A stretch of 46,319 bases of DNA from an uncultured Bacteroidales bacterium. GTDB lineage: Bacteria; Bacteroidota; Bacteroidia; Bacteroidales; UBA932. How positions within the stretch are numbered: position 1 is the stretch's first letter; each line of letters starts with the position of its first letter. The DNA is taken from positions 1 through 46,319 of the forward strand of contig ONPI01000010.1 of assembly GCA_900319685.1 (NCBI GenBank). The letters run 5' to 3'. Positions 27,681 to 36,099 of the stretch are shown here, one piece after another. The position numbers were made by a program, and so were the translations under genes. A model generated the notes under the pieces. It saw only the letters and a list, made by a program, of their open reading frames with translations, was not told where the DNA came from and made no database searches.

Positions 27681-28361
27681 ATGAAAAAGATATTTGCACT
27701 TTTGTCTATCCTGGCGATGTTCACCCTTACCGCCGGGGCACAACCATATTACGGAGGAAGAGGCCATGTCGGAGGACCGGGAAGATATGGCAGAGGTGGC
27801 TACGGACCTGGCAGATATTACAACGACTGGTACGGAGGAATCAAGTTCGGAGTCGTCGGATCGCACGTTTCTTCCGAATCCGGAGAACTGGACGGAAGGG
27901 GTGTGCAGACCGGCATCAGCATCGGGGCCGCGCTCGGATTCAACCTGACTCCAGACGTGGCATTCGAATCCGGTCTCTACTACGTGGAGAAAGGAGGAAG
28001 CAGCCGCAACTCGGACGGCAGGTTCACCTACGGACTTGATTACCTTGAGATTCCGCTCGTCCTGAAATACTACATATTCACTCCTGGCAGCAGGGCGGTC
28101 TTCCAGCCTTTCGCCGGGGCCTACCTCGGAATGGGGGTTGGAGGAGAGATCAAGGACTATGGCAACAGGGAGGCTTTCAGTTCCTTCAACAACGGTTATT
28201 TCCGCCGCGGCGACAGCGGTCTCACCTTCGGATGCGGAGTGTCATATTCCTTCCTGTACGCTAGCCTCGGATACGAACTCGGCCTTGCCAACATCGGGCA
28301 GGATCTCTTCAACGAGACCAAGAACAGGGCCCTCGTATTTAGCGTCGGTTTTGCTTTCTAG
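27681..28361 (+). CDS. Outer-membrane beta-barrel (porin/PorT-like) protein with a Gly/Tyr/Arg-rich N-terminal segment
   Basis: Signal peptide, GLYYVEKG, LDYLEIPL, GYELGL and C-terminal SVGFAF beta-signal. Confidence 0.8.
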   Translation: MKKIFALLSILAMFTLTAGAQPYYGGRGHVGGPGRYGRGGYGPGRYYNDWYGGIKFGVVGSHVSSESGELDGRGVQTGISIGAALGFNLTPDVAFESGLYYVEKGGSSRNSDGRFTYGLDYLEIPLVLKYYIFTPGSRAVFQPFAGAYLGMGVGGEIKDYGNREAFSSFNNGYFRRGDSGLTFGCGVSYSFLYASLGYELGLANIGQDLFNETKNRALVFSVGFAF

Positions 28362-28412
28362 AACCAGAAATATTGCTTATCTTTATACGTTGAACAAAAC
28401 GTATGAAGAAGT

Positions 28413-28952
28413 ATGTCACTGAACAAAGTAATGCTGATCGGTAACGTTGGAAAAGACCCGGAAATACGTTACCTCGATGGAAACAACCCGAATTCAGGGA
28501 ACACGAAAGTGGCCCAGTTCACTCTCGCAACCACTGAAAGATATCGTGACCGCAACGGAGAGCTCCGTGAGAACACTGAATGGCACAACATCGTAGCCTG
28601 GAGGAACTCGGCTGACGTTGCCGAGAAGTTCATCCGCAAGGGAACCCAGGTCTTCATAGAAGGCAAGCTGCGCACCAGGTCCTGGACCGACCAGACCGGC
28701 AACAAGAGATTCACGACGGAAATCACCGTGGACAACCTCCAGCTTCTCGGGAAGAAGACTGACAACCCTGGCGCACAACCGTCCCAGGGCGGCTACCAGC
28801 AACCACAGCCAAGCTATCAGCAGCCTCAACCGGCATACCAGCAGCCTGCACAGCCTGCTTTCAATCAGCCGGCTCCCGCCCAGCCTGCATCCCAGCAGGA
28901 ACCGATGGATATCACCCTCGGAGACAACCCAACCGACGACCTCCCATTCTAA
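28413..28952 (+). CDS. ssb: Single-stranded DNA-binding protein
   Basis: LNKVMLIGNVGKDPE, TEWH, EGKLRTR, Q/P-rich linker and C-terminal DDLPF. Confidence 0.97.
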   Translation: MSLNKVMLIGNVGKDPEIRYLDGNNPNSGNTKVAQFTLATTERYRDRNGELRENTEWHNIVAWRNSADVAEKFIRKGTQVFIEGKLRTRSWTDQTGNKRFTTEITVDNLQLLGKKTDNPGAQPSQGGYQQPQPSYQQPQPAYQQPAQPAFNQPAPAQPASQQEPMDITLGDNPTDDLPF

Positions 28953-28958
28953 AGGAAT

Positions 28959-30236
28959 ATGAGCGCAAAACTTGACGTAGTCCTCGGTCTCCAGTGGGGA
29001 GACGAAGGAAAAGGCAAAATAGTCGATGTCCTTGCAAGCCGCTATCCGGCCGTAGCCAGATTCCAGGGCGGGCCTAACGCAGGCCATTCCCTCCATTTCG
29101 ACGGAAAGAGTTTCGTCGTTCGCAGCATCCCTTCCGGAATATTCCGCGAAGGATCCACCAACGTGATCGGCAGCGGTGTGGTCCTGGACCCTGTGACTTT
29201 CAAGGAAGAGTGTGAGAATATCCTCAAGACCACCGGGATCGACCCGAAGGAGAAACTCGTGGTTTCCAGGAAGGCACACCTGATCCTGCCTACCCACAGG
29301 CTCCTGGATGCGGCCTACGAAGCTGCTGCTGGCAAGGGAAAGATCGGTTCCACCCTCAAGGGAATCGGTCCGACATACACCGACAAGATAAGCCGGCACG
29401 GACTCAGGGTTGGAGATATCCTCTCACCGGATTTCCGCAGCCTCTATGACAAACTGAAAGCCCGCCATCTCAGGCTGCTGGGCGACCTCCATTACGATTT
29501 CGACCCTCAGCAGGGTGAGGCCGAATGGATGGAAGCCATCGGATATCTGAAACAATTCACCCTGGTCGACTGCGAATTCTTCGTCAACGGATGGCTGTCC
29601 GAAGGCAAGGGGATGCTCGCAGAGGGTGCCCAGGGGTCCATGCTCGACGTGGATTACGGCTCATATCCATTCGTCACCTCCTCCTCCACGACCGTCGGCG
29701 GAGTCTGCACCGGCCTGGGAGTCCCTCCTTCAAGGGTCGGAAAGGTATTCGGAATATTCAAAGCCTATTGTACCCGCGTCGGCTCGGGTCCGTTCCCTAC
29801 CGAACTCAATGATGAGACTGGAGAGAAGCTCCGCCAGGTAGGCCATGAATTCGGAGCAGTGACCGGAAGGCCGAGGCGTTGCGGCTGGCTGGACCTGGTC
29901 GCTCTCAAGTACACGGTGATGATCGACGGAGTGACCGACTTGATAATGATGAAATCCGACTGCCTGGACGATTTCGACACCATAAAGGTTTGCACATCCT
30001 ACAGGGTGGGCCCGGAAGGCAAGGAAACCAGCCAGCTTCCGTTCGACATCACGACAGGTATCGAGCCTGTCTATACGGAATTCAAGGGGTGGAAGAAAGA
30101 CCTTACGGGCGTCCGCGACGAAAGCGGACTCCCGCAGGAATTCAAGGACTATGTGAAGTTCATCGAAGGCTTCCTCGGAGTCCCGGTATCCATCATCTCC
30201 CTCGGACCTGACCGTGAAGCCACCATCGAGAGGTAG
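28959..30236 (+). CDS. purA: Adenylosuccinate synthetase
   Basis: GLQWGDEGKGK, GGPNAGH, EGAQG, TRVGSGPFPTE, TGRPRRCGWLD. Confidence 0.97.
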   Translation: MSAKLDVVLGLQWGDEGKGKIVDVLASRYPAVARFQGGPNAGHSLHFDGKSFVVRSIPSGIFREGSTNVIGSGVVLDPVTFKEECENILKTTGIDPKEKLVVSRKAHLILPTHRLLDAAYEAAAGKGKIGSTLKGIGPTYTDKISRHGLRVGDILSPDFRSLYDKLKARHLRLLGDLHYDFDPQQGEAEWMEAIGYLKQFTLVDCEFFVNGWLSEGKGMLAEGAQGSMLDVDYGSYPFVTSSSTTVGGVCTGLGVPPSRVGKVFGIFKAYCTRVGSGPFPTELNDETGEKLRQVGHEFGAVTGRPRRCGWLDLVALKYTVMIDGVTDLIMMKSDCLDDFDTIKVCTSYRVGPEGKETSQLPFDITTGIEPVYTEFKGWKKDLTGVRDESGLPQEFKDYVKFIEGFLGVPVSIISLGPDREATIER

Positions 30237-30242
30237 CTGCTG

Positions 30243-31031
30243 CTACAAGGTTATTCCGACCGTCCAGGTCTGGAACTCAGGCCAGTAGTTCTTGTCCATC
30301 AGGTTCATCGGAGAATACTTCGCATAGAGGCTGAAGTGTTTCAGATGCAGCTGAACCATAGCGTCCACGGTAACTATGTTGCAGTGGACGTTCTTGTATT
30401 TGTCCTTCATCTTCTCCCCGTTCATGATGTACTTGTTCACTATGGAACTGCCGGCGTTGAAAGACACCACAGGACCTACCGTGAACCCGAACCCGTTGGA
30501 AATGTCGCAGGAATACAGCATAGGGATATTGATGCTGAAGACTCTGAGCTTGGAGACCTTCGGGGTCGCACCGTCGAGATACCCACCAATTCCGATCGAG
30601 CCGTCAGTATCGTCCTTCCACATCAGGTTGCTTCCGGTAAGGGCGAAGTTCCTCCAGGTGAATCCCGGACCCCATGAGAAAGTGTTCCTCCCAAAAGTCT
30701 TGGAGTCGAGCATGTAGAACGCGAATTCCATTGAATTCTGCGGACTGAAATCGAACGGAGCCTTCGAGTCGGTGATGTTCGAACCTACATAGAACGAACC
30801 CACCAGGTCATGAGCATATCTCTTTATCTTCTTGTAGAACGGAATGTCGAAATCGAGATGGACTCGGCCGTCGCTGACAGGTCCCAAGGTATCCACCCTG
30901 GCCAGTACCGTGGTCTGGGTCGTATCACTGACTCCGGTAGTCTTCACGACTATCAGGGTATCGAGGTTCTGAGCGCTGCAAGCCAGCGCTCCGAGCGCGA
31001 ATGCAAAAAATGCTGTAAATATCTTTTTCAT
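30243..31031 (-). CDS. Exported protein, probable outer-membrane beta-barrel (PorT-like)
   Basis: Signal peptide, amphipathic strands, SKLRVFSINIPML, LYAKYSP and C-terminal WTVGITL. Confidence 0.65.
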   Translation of the reverse strand: MKKIFTAFFAFALGALACSAQNLDTLIVVKTTGVSDTTQTTVLARVDTLGPVSDGRVHLDFDIPFYKKIKRYAHDLVGSFYVGSNITDSKAPFDFSPQNSMEFAFYMLDSKTFGRNTFSWGPGFTWRNFALTGSNLMWKDDTDGSIGIGGYLDGATPKVSKLRVFSINIPMLYSCDISNGFGFTVGPVVSFNAGSSIVNKYIMNGEKMKDKYKNVHCNIVTVDAMVQLHLKHFSLYAKYSPMNLMDKNYWPEFQTWTVGITL

Positions 31032-31040
31032 AATACTTCG

Positions 31041-31481
31041 TTATCTTTTCTTGAAGAATGAGTGAAGGTCCTTGACCGAAGCTTTCCCTTCCATATAAAC
31101 CACTGTCACATAATCTTTTCCATCGATATGCCGGATCTGGTGCCCGACATATCTTTTCTTGGATTTGTCACCGTCGAACTGAAGCAGGGCATAAGTAAGC
31201 TCTCCGTCTTCTTCCTGCATATCCTTCGAGGTAGCCGTCAGCGCATCCTGCTTTATCCAGGAAGCGATCCTGTCTATCAAGGCTTTGTCCGCCGGAAAAC
31301 GGAAGCTCCTGAAATACGAAAGATTGTAATCTCTCAGGGCCGATCCCTTGACCAGGGATTCTTCGTATCCGGTTATCGGCACCGCCTTGCTGAACAAGCT
31401 GTCGATCTGGAGGCCTTTCTGCGCCCTGGCAGGAGCCATGGCCAGCAATACCAGAGATACGATAAGTAAATACTTTTTCAT
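31041..31481 (-). CDS. Exported hypothetical protein in the ECF operon (DUF4252/DUF6108-like)
   Basis: Signal peptide, AQKGLQIDSLF, YNLSYFRS and VVYMEGK. Lies after the anti-sigma gene. Confidence 0.6.
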   Translation of the reverse strand: MKKYLLIVSLVLLAMAPARAQKGLQIDSLFSKAVPITGYEESLVKGSALRDYNLSYFRSFRFPADKALIDRIASWIKQDALTATSKDMQEEDGELTYALLQFDGDKSKKRYVGHQIRHIDGKDYVTVVYMEGKASVKDLHSFFKKR

Positions 31482-31484
31482 CTT

Positions 31485-31895
31485 CTATCGTCCAAATAAA
31501 TCGTTAAGTTGGCTTTCCACGTCAGTCCCTTCGTTCATCAGGTCCGCAAGTATGTTATCGACGTCGTTCATTACAACTTCCTTGTCGGTGATCCTGTCCC
31601 CTCCGGACATCTTGACGCACACATTGTTGCTGTTGTATATGTTGACTCCGAGGGTGACGAGCAGTACGAGGCTGGCAGCGACCGCGACTATCCTGCGGAC
31701 ATGATCCGGCTTGCGTACAGATGCGGGTTCATAGACACTGCATCCGGTGGAGAAGAATCCCATCACGGCGCGAGCCTCGTCGTATTCCGGACCCTGCCCT
31801 TCCTCCGAGGTGAGGAACAGCTTGAGTTCCAGTTCCTCATCCTCCGAGAGCATCCCTTCGAAGTACCTTTCGATGTATTCCTTATAATCCTTCAT
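31485..31895 (-). CDS. Putative single-pass membrane anti-sigma factor
   Basis: IERYFEG.LSEDEE..LK.FL N-terminus, then a TM (VAVAASLVLLV). Overlaps the ECF gene end. Confidence 0.7.
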   Translation of the reverse strand: MKDYKEYIERYFEGMLSEDEELELKLFLTSEEGQGPEYDEARAVMGFFSTGCSVYEPASVRKPDHVRRIVAVAASLVLLVTLGVNIYNSNNVCVKMSGGDRITDKEVVMNDVDNILADLMNEGTDVESQLNDLFGR

Positions 31896-32364
31896 TGTCT
31901 TTCCTGAATTTTTCCCTCAAAGTCTTCCTCGCCCTCGATATCTGCATCCTGACTGCGGCAGGCTGCATACCGAGCTTGAGTGCTATCTGTTCGAACGACG
32001 TTCCTTCATATTCATGCATCCGCACGATCTTCTTCTGCAATGGCGTAAGTTCCTCATCAAGTGAAGCTTCCACTTTACGAAATAGGGCTTCTTTATCCAA
32101 TGCGGCTTCTGATTCATCAGGAATCTGACGGTTTTCGATGCTCACCGTCCTCCTCTGCCTTCCTTTACGATATTCATCGATCTCGATGTTCCTGACGGTC
32201 CTGGATAACAGTCCGATCGCCGACTTGAGATTCTGCGGCTCGTATTTCCGGCCCCAGAGCCTGCAGAAGGCATCCTGGAGAGCATCTTCCGCCCTCAGCC
32301 TGCCTTTCAGGGATATGAACGCTTCTGTCAGGAAATCTTCTGCCATCTTCAAGTCTGCTTTCAT
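31882..32364 (-). CDS. ECF sigma factor (sigma70 family), with an unusually short region 2
   Basis: AEDALQDAFCRLW, RNIEIDEYRK and region 4 (EGTSFEQIALKLGMQPAAVRMQISRARKTLR). Confidence 0.82.
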   Translation of the reverse strand: MKADLKMAEDFLTEAFISLKGRLRAEDALQDAFCRLWGRKYEPQNLKSAIGLLSRTVRNIEIDEYRKGRQRRTVSIENRQIPDESEAALDKEALFRKVEASLDEELTPLQKKIVRMHEYEGTSFEQIALKLGMQPAAVRMQISRARKTLREKFRKDNEGL

Positions 32365-32370
32365 TGATAT

Positions 32371-32397
32371 AAACGGATCAGACCTTTAAATGTAACA
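32371..32397 (-). promoter_or_regulatory. Candidate ECF-type autoregulatory promoter
   Basis: The minus strand reads TGTTACA-N15-CGTTT-N6-ATG directly before the ECF gene. Confidence 0.4.
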
Positions 32398-32406
32398 TCT
32401 TTTTCA

Positions 32407-32414
32407 TATATTTG
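32407..32414 (+). promoter_or_regulatory. Bacteroidota -7 promoter element for dcu
   Basis: TATATTTG, 21 nt upstream of ATG 32436. Confidence 0.6.
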
Positions 32415-32435
32415 TATGAATTGAAAGATTAAAAA

Positions 32436-33788
32436 ATGGCACTGATGATCATCCAGCTGCTGGTTGTCTTGGCAGCACTCTACATTGGTTCAAGGTATGG
32501 AAGTCTCGCACTCGGTGCGATTTCAGGCATCGGTCTGGCTATCCTGGTGTTCGGATTCGGGATGAAGCCGGGCGAACCCCCTACTGATGTAATCTACATC
32601 ATAATAGCGGCGGTAACCTGCGCAGGAGTCCTCCAGGCATCCGGTGGCATGGACTGGCTCATCCAGCTGGCTGAGAAGCTGCTCCGCCGGCATCCTGACC
32701 GGATCACGTTCCTCGCTCCTCTCTGCACCTTCTTCCTGACTGTCCTGGTCGGTACCGGACATGTCGTCTATACCCTGATGCCGATTATCGTGGACATCGC
32801 CATCAAGAAAGACATCCGTCCGGAAAGGCCATGCGCAGTAGCCTCTGTAGCCTCCCAGGTGGGAATCACCTGCTCGCCGATCGCTGCCGCAGTGGTCGCT
32901 TTCGTGACGATTTCCAACGCCAACGGCTACGGAGTGACCATCCCTCAGGTGCTGATGGTCACCCTGCCTGCCTGCATCATCGGTATCATCATGGCGGCCA
33001 ATGCTTCCTACAAGAGGGGCAAGGACTTGAAGGACGATCCTGAATACCAGAAGAGGATAGAGGATCCTAAGGTACACAAATACATCTACGGCAAGGAATC
33101 CACCACCCTCGACAAGGTCATCGACAATAAGGCCAAGCTCGCAGTGTATATCTTCCTGGCAGCCATTGTATGCATCGTAGGTCTCGCATTCTGCCAGATG
33201 CTTTTGAGCAAGGATGCCCTGGCCCGTCTGCCGAAGATGAACATAGCCATCCAGATCATCATGCTCTCAGCGACGGCATTCATGATAATGTTCTGCAAGG
33301 TAGACCTTAAGAATGCTGTCTCCGGTTCCGTATGGAAGTCCGGAATGGTCGCCGTGGTGGCGATCTACGGTATCGCCTGGCTGGCCAACACATATTTCAA
33401 CAACTATCTCGAAGAGATGAAGATGATGCTCTCGGATGTGGTCTCACAATATCCATGGTCGATAGCCTTCGTGTTCTTCCTGGTCTCGGTCCTGATCAAC
33501 TCCCAGGGAGCTGTTGTCGTGGCCATGCTGCCGCTCGCATATTCGCTGGGCATTCCGGGTCCGGTACTTCTTGGAGTCATGCCGAGTGTCTATGGATATT
33601 TCTTCATCCCTAACTATCCTTCCGACATCGCCACGGTCAACTTCGACAGGACCGGTACTACCGTGATAGGAAAATACCTCCTGAACCACAGTTTCATGAA
33701 ACCTGGCCTGATCAGCGTAGGCGTCTCCACGATCGTCGGCTACCTGATCACCTGTGTATTGTTCCCTGGGTATTTCGCTGCCCTGTAG
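32436..33788 (+). CDS. Anaerobic C4-dicarboxylate transporter (DcuA/DcuB family)
   Basis: GTGHVVY, IRPERP, SQVGITCSPIAAA, YPSDIATVNFDRTGTT.IGKYLLNHSF. Confidence 0.93.
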   Translation: MALMIIQLLVVLAALYIGSRYGSLALGAISGIGLAILVFGFGMKPGEPPTDVIYIIIAAVTCAGVLQASGGMDWLIQLAEKLLRRHPDRITFLAPLCTFFLTVLVGTGHVVYTLMPIIVDIAIKKDIRPERPCAVASVASQVGITCSPIAAAVVAFVTISNANGYGVTIPQVLMVTLPACIIGIIMAANASYKRGKDLKDDPEYQKRIEDPKVHKYIYGKESTTLDKVIDNKAKLAVYIFLAAIVCIVGLAFCQMLLSKDALARLPKMNIAIQIIMLSATAFMIMFCKVDLKNAVSGSVWKSGMVAVVAIYGIAWLANTYFNNYLEEMKMMLSDVVSQYPWSIAFVFFLVSVLINSQGAVVVAMLPLAYSLGIPGPVLLGVMPSVYGYFFIPNYPSDIATVNFDRTGTTVIGKYLLNHSFMKPGLISVGVSTIVGYLITCVLFPGYFAAL

Positions 33789-33796
33789 GGCGTTTC

Positions 33797-34525
33797 TCAA
33801 TAGAGTCCTCCGTTTACGGAAATCACCTGGCCGGTGATATAGGCTGACGCATCCGAAGCAAGGAAGCCCACGAGGGCTGCCACTTCTTCGGGTTTACCGA
33901 AGCGCTTCGCCGGGATCTGGGTCTTGAGTTCAGCCTCATCGAGCCCTTCTACCATGTCTGTCGCTATGAAGCCGGGTGCGATGGCGTTGACAGTCACTTT
34001 CCTCGGGGCCACTTCCTGTGCAAGGGCCTTGGTGGCGGCGATGAGTCCGCCTTTCGCGGCAGAATAGTTTGTCTGCCCCGGGAGTCCCTTGAGTCCGGAC
34101 AACGATGCGATGTTGATGATACGGCCTTTCTTGTGTACGACCATCGGCTGAAGGAAAGGCCTGGTTACGTTGTAGAAGCTGTTCAAGTCCGTGCTGATTA
34201 CCTTGTACCAGTCTTCCTGTTCCATCCAAAGCAGGAGATTGTCCTTCCGTACCCCCGCGTTGTTGACCAGCACTTCGACATATTCTTCCGGATGTGCTTC
34301 CTGCCATTCCGTAATGGCCTGCAGCGATTCCTGCGGATCGGCCACGTCGAACTTCATCAGTTCACCGGAGCCTCCGGCTTCTTCAACCATGCGGAGGGTC
34401 TCCTGCGCCGCAGCATCGTTGGAGACATAATTGATGAGGAGGGAATATCCCCTCCCAGCCAGCTCGAGGCAGACCGCCCGCCCGATTCCGCGGCTTCCGC
34501 CGGACACAAAAGCGTATTTCGACAT
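33797..34525 (-). CDS. fabG: 3-oxoacyl-ACP reductase (cluster-associated FabG)
   Basis: GGSRGIG, NNAG, YSAAK, VNAIAPGFI. Start at ATG 34525. Confidence 0.9.
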   Translation of the reverse strand: MSKYAFVSGGSRGIGRAVCLELAGRGYSLLINYVSNDAAAQETLRMVEEAGGSGELMKFDVADPQESLQAITEWQEAHPEEYVEVLVNNAGVRKDNLLLWMEQEDWYKVISTDLNSFYNVTRPFLQPMVVHKKGRIINIASLSGLKGLPGQTNYSAAKGGLIAATKALAQEVAPRKVTVNAIAPGFIATDMVEGLDEAELKTQIPAKRFGKPEEVAALVGFLASDASAYITGQVISVNGGLY

Positions 34526-34547
34526 ATGCTGAATAGTTCTGTTGCCG

Positions 34548-34555
34548 CAAATATA
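34548..34555 (-). promoter_or_regulatory. Bacteroidota -7 promoter element for fabG
   Basis: The minus strand reads TATATTTG(C), 22 nt upstream of the ATG. Confidence 0.6.
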
Positions 34556-34614
34556 GTAAATCCTGAAAGAATACTCCCTCGTTTGCCGTGACAACAGCCC
34601 ATAACGTCTAGTAA

Positions 34615-34717
34615 GGCCGAATCGTGCTCAAGGGTGCATTCAGATGGACCCTTGCGCGAGAAAAGGGCCGAAATCGTGCTCAAGGGTGCGCGCAGATGGA
34701 CCCTTACGCGTGGAAAG
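34615..34717. repeat. Two tandem ~51-52 bp palindromic (REP-like) units
   Basis: Unit 1 is GGCCGAATCGTGCTCAAGGGTGCATTCAGATGGACCCTTGCGCGAGAAAAG. Unit 2 is GGCCGAAATCGTGCTCAAGGGTGCGCGCAGATGGACCCTTACGCGTGGAAAG. Each contains an AAGGGT...ACCCTT inverted repeat. Confidence 0.85.
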
Positions 34718-36095
34718 AGGTGAGGATCGGGGGCAAGGTGCCGAGGATTTCGCGGCAGGTGAGGATGGAAGTCATCGAGACTCCGAGGAGGCCGTGGAGA
34801 TTGAGGCTCTGGCCGGTGAGGTAGAGGTTACGTACCGGAGTCCGGGGAGAGAGGACCGTAGCGGCAACATTGGTACAAACCTTCCTGATACCGAACGCCG
34901 ACCCTTGAGGGGTAAGGGTATAACGCCGGTAAGTTGCCGGAGTACTGGTATATACTTCCCGTATGGCATCCCGTAATCCCGGAAGCCTGGAAGATGCCAA
35001 GGCGAGGCATTCTTCGAGCTTATTCTGCTTGGCAGCCTGATAACCAGGATCTTCCCGCGGAATATATTCCATCGGAGTGATGAGGTCGAGATGGGTCGCC
35101 CTGGAGCCTTCCGGAACGGGATAGAAGTGCACCATCACTTCCTTGCCACTTTCGTGTATGAATATGTTGCGGTTCAGGTAATCAAGCTTATCTTCCTTCA
35201 GGACTATGTTGGCAGTGAACGCACCCCAAGTATTCCCAAGACCCGAGATCCTCTCCCGATAGACTTTCCGCAAGCTTTCCTGTGGCTCGACCATGCCGAC
35301 TGTCACAGCTGGATGGGCATCGGAAACCACGATGTCCGCCTTGAACTCCCCGCCGTTGGCCGACACATGGTCCACCAATCCGTCAACGGTATGGATCGAT
35401 GTCACTTCCGTCCCCGTCAGTATCTTTCCGCCCGCCGCGACAAGCTGGTCCGCCAGGGTCGAAGCGATGAGACTTCCTCCACCAGGCAGCCTCCACGAAC
35501 TCTGTATGAAGGAATTACTGATCTGCGCAAAGACATACAGCGGCAGCTCCGGAGTCATCTCCAGTCTCAACGAAGGTCCGCAAAGGACCCTTCTCAACAG
35601 CGGATCCTTGAAACGGGAGTCAAGGTATTCAGAAGCGCTCCTCTCGAAAAGAGGGTTGACGGAACCGGAAACGAATGCACTGAATATACCTTCGCCGACA
35701 CCTTTGAGGAAGGCGACGTATTCTCGCAACGACTCCCGCTCGGATGGGAAAAATTCAGCAAGCCGGTCCACGAAACGGTCGTATCCGGTAGCCATGGGGA
35801 AGCTTTTCCCGTCAATCACTATCTCGTCGGCACAATCCGGATCGAGTTGCCGCCAAGGAAGGCCAGTCAAGCCGAAATACTCGAAAAGGGTATGAAGCGG
35901 CTCGCCTTCACCGAGCCCGCCGGCATAATGGAAGCCGGTATCGAACGACAGGCCTCCCCTGCTGAATGACTGAAGGCATCCTCCGGGTCGGGCGTTACGC
36001 TCCAGTATAGTGACGTCGTACCCGTTGCGCTGGAGGATCAGCCCGCATTCAAGGCCGCCGAGTCCGCCGCCGATTATGACAACTTCGCGGCCCAT
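34704..36095 (-). CDS. FAD-dependent oxidoreductase, phytoene desaturase / all-trans-retinol reductase-like (flexirubin/APE cluster type)
   Basis: GGGLGG dinucleotide motif, GGCLQSF.R.G..FDTGFHY, STPATY..YT..P.GSAFG and NLYLTGQS. Confidence 0.85.
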   Translation of the reverse strand: MGREVVIIGGGLGGLECGLILQRNGYDVTILERNARPGGCLQSFSRGGLSFDTGFHYAGGLGEGEPLHTLFEYFGLTGLPWRQLDPDCADEIVIDGKSFPMATGYDRFVDRLAEFFPSERESLREYVAFLKGVGEGIFSAFVSGSVNPLFERSASEYLDSRFKDPLLRRVLCGPSLRLEMTPELPLYVFAQISNSFIQSSWRLPGGGSLIASTLADQLVAAGGKILTGTEVTSIHTVDGLVDHVSANGGEFKADIVVSDAHPAVTVGMVEPQESLRKVYRERISGLGNTWGAFTANIVLKEDKLDYLNRNIFIHESGKEVMVHFYPVPEGSRATHLDLITPMEYIPREDPGYQAAKQNKLEECLALASSRLPGLRDAIREVYTSTPATYRRYTLTPQGSAFGIRKVCTNVAATVLSPRTPVRNLYLTGQSLNLHGLLGVSMTSILTCREILGTLPPILTSFHA

Positions 36096-36099
36096 AGGG

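Noticed and set aside
28780-28900. Q/P-rich repeats in ssb
   Set aside because: This is the ordinary disordered SSB linker.
34615-34717. Mini CRISPR array
   Set aside because: There are only two adjacent units with no unique spacers and no cas genes; it is reported as a REP-like repeat instead.
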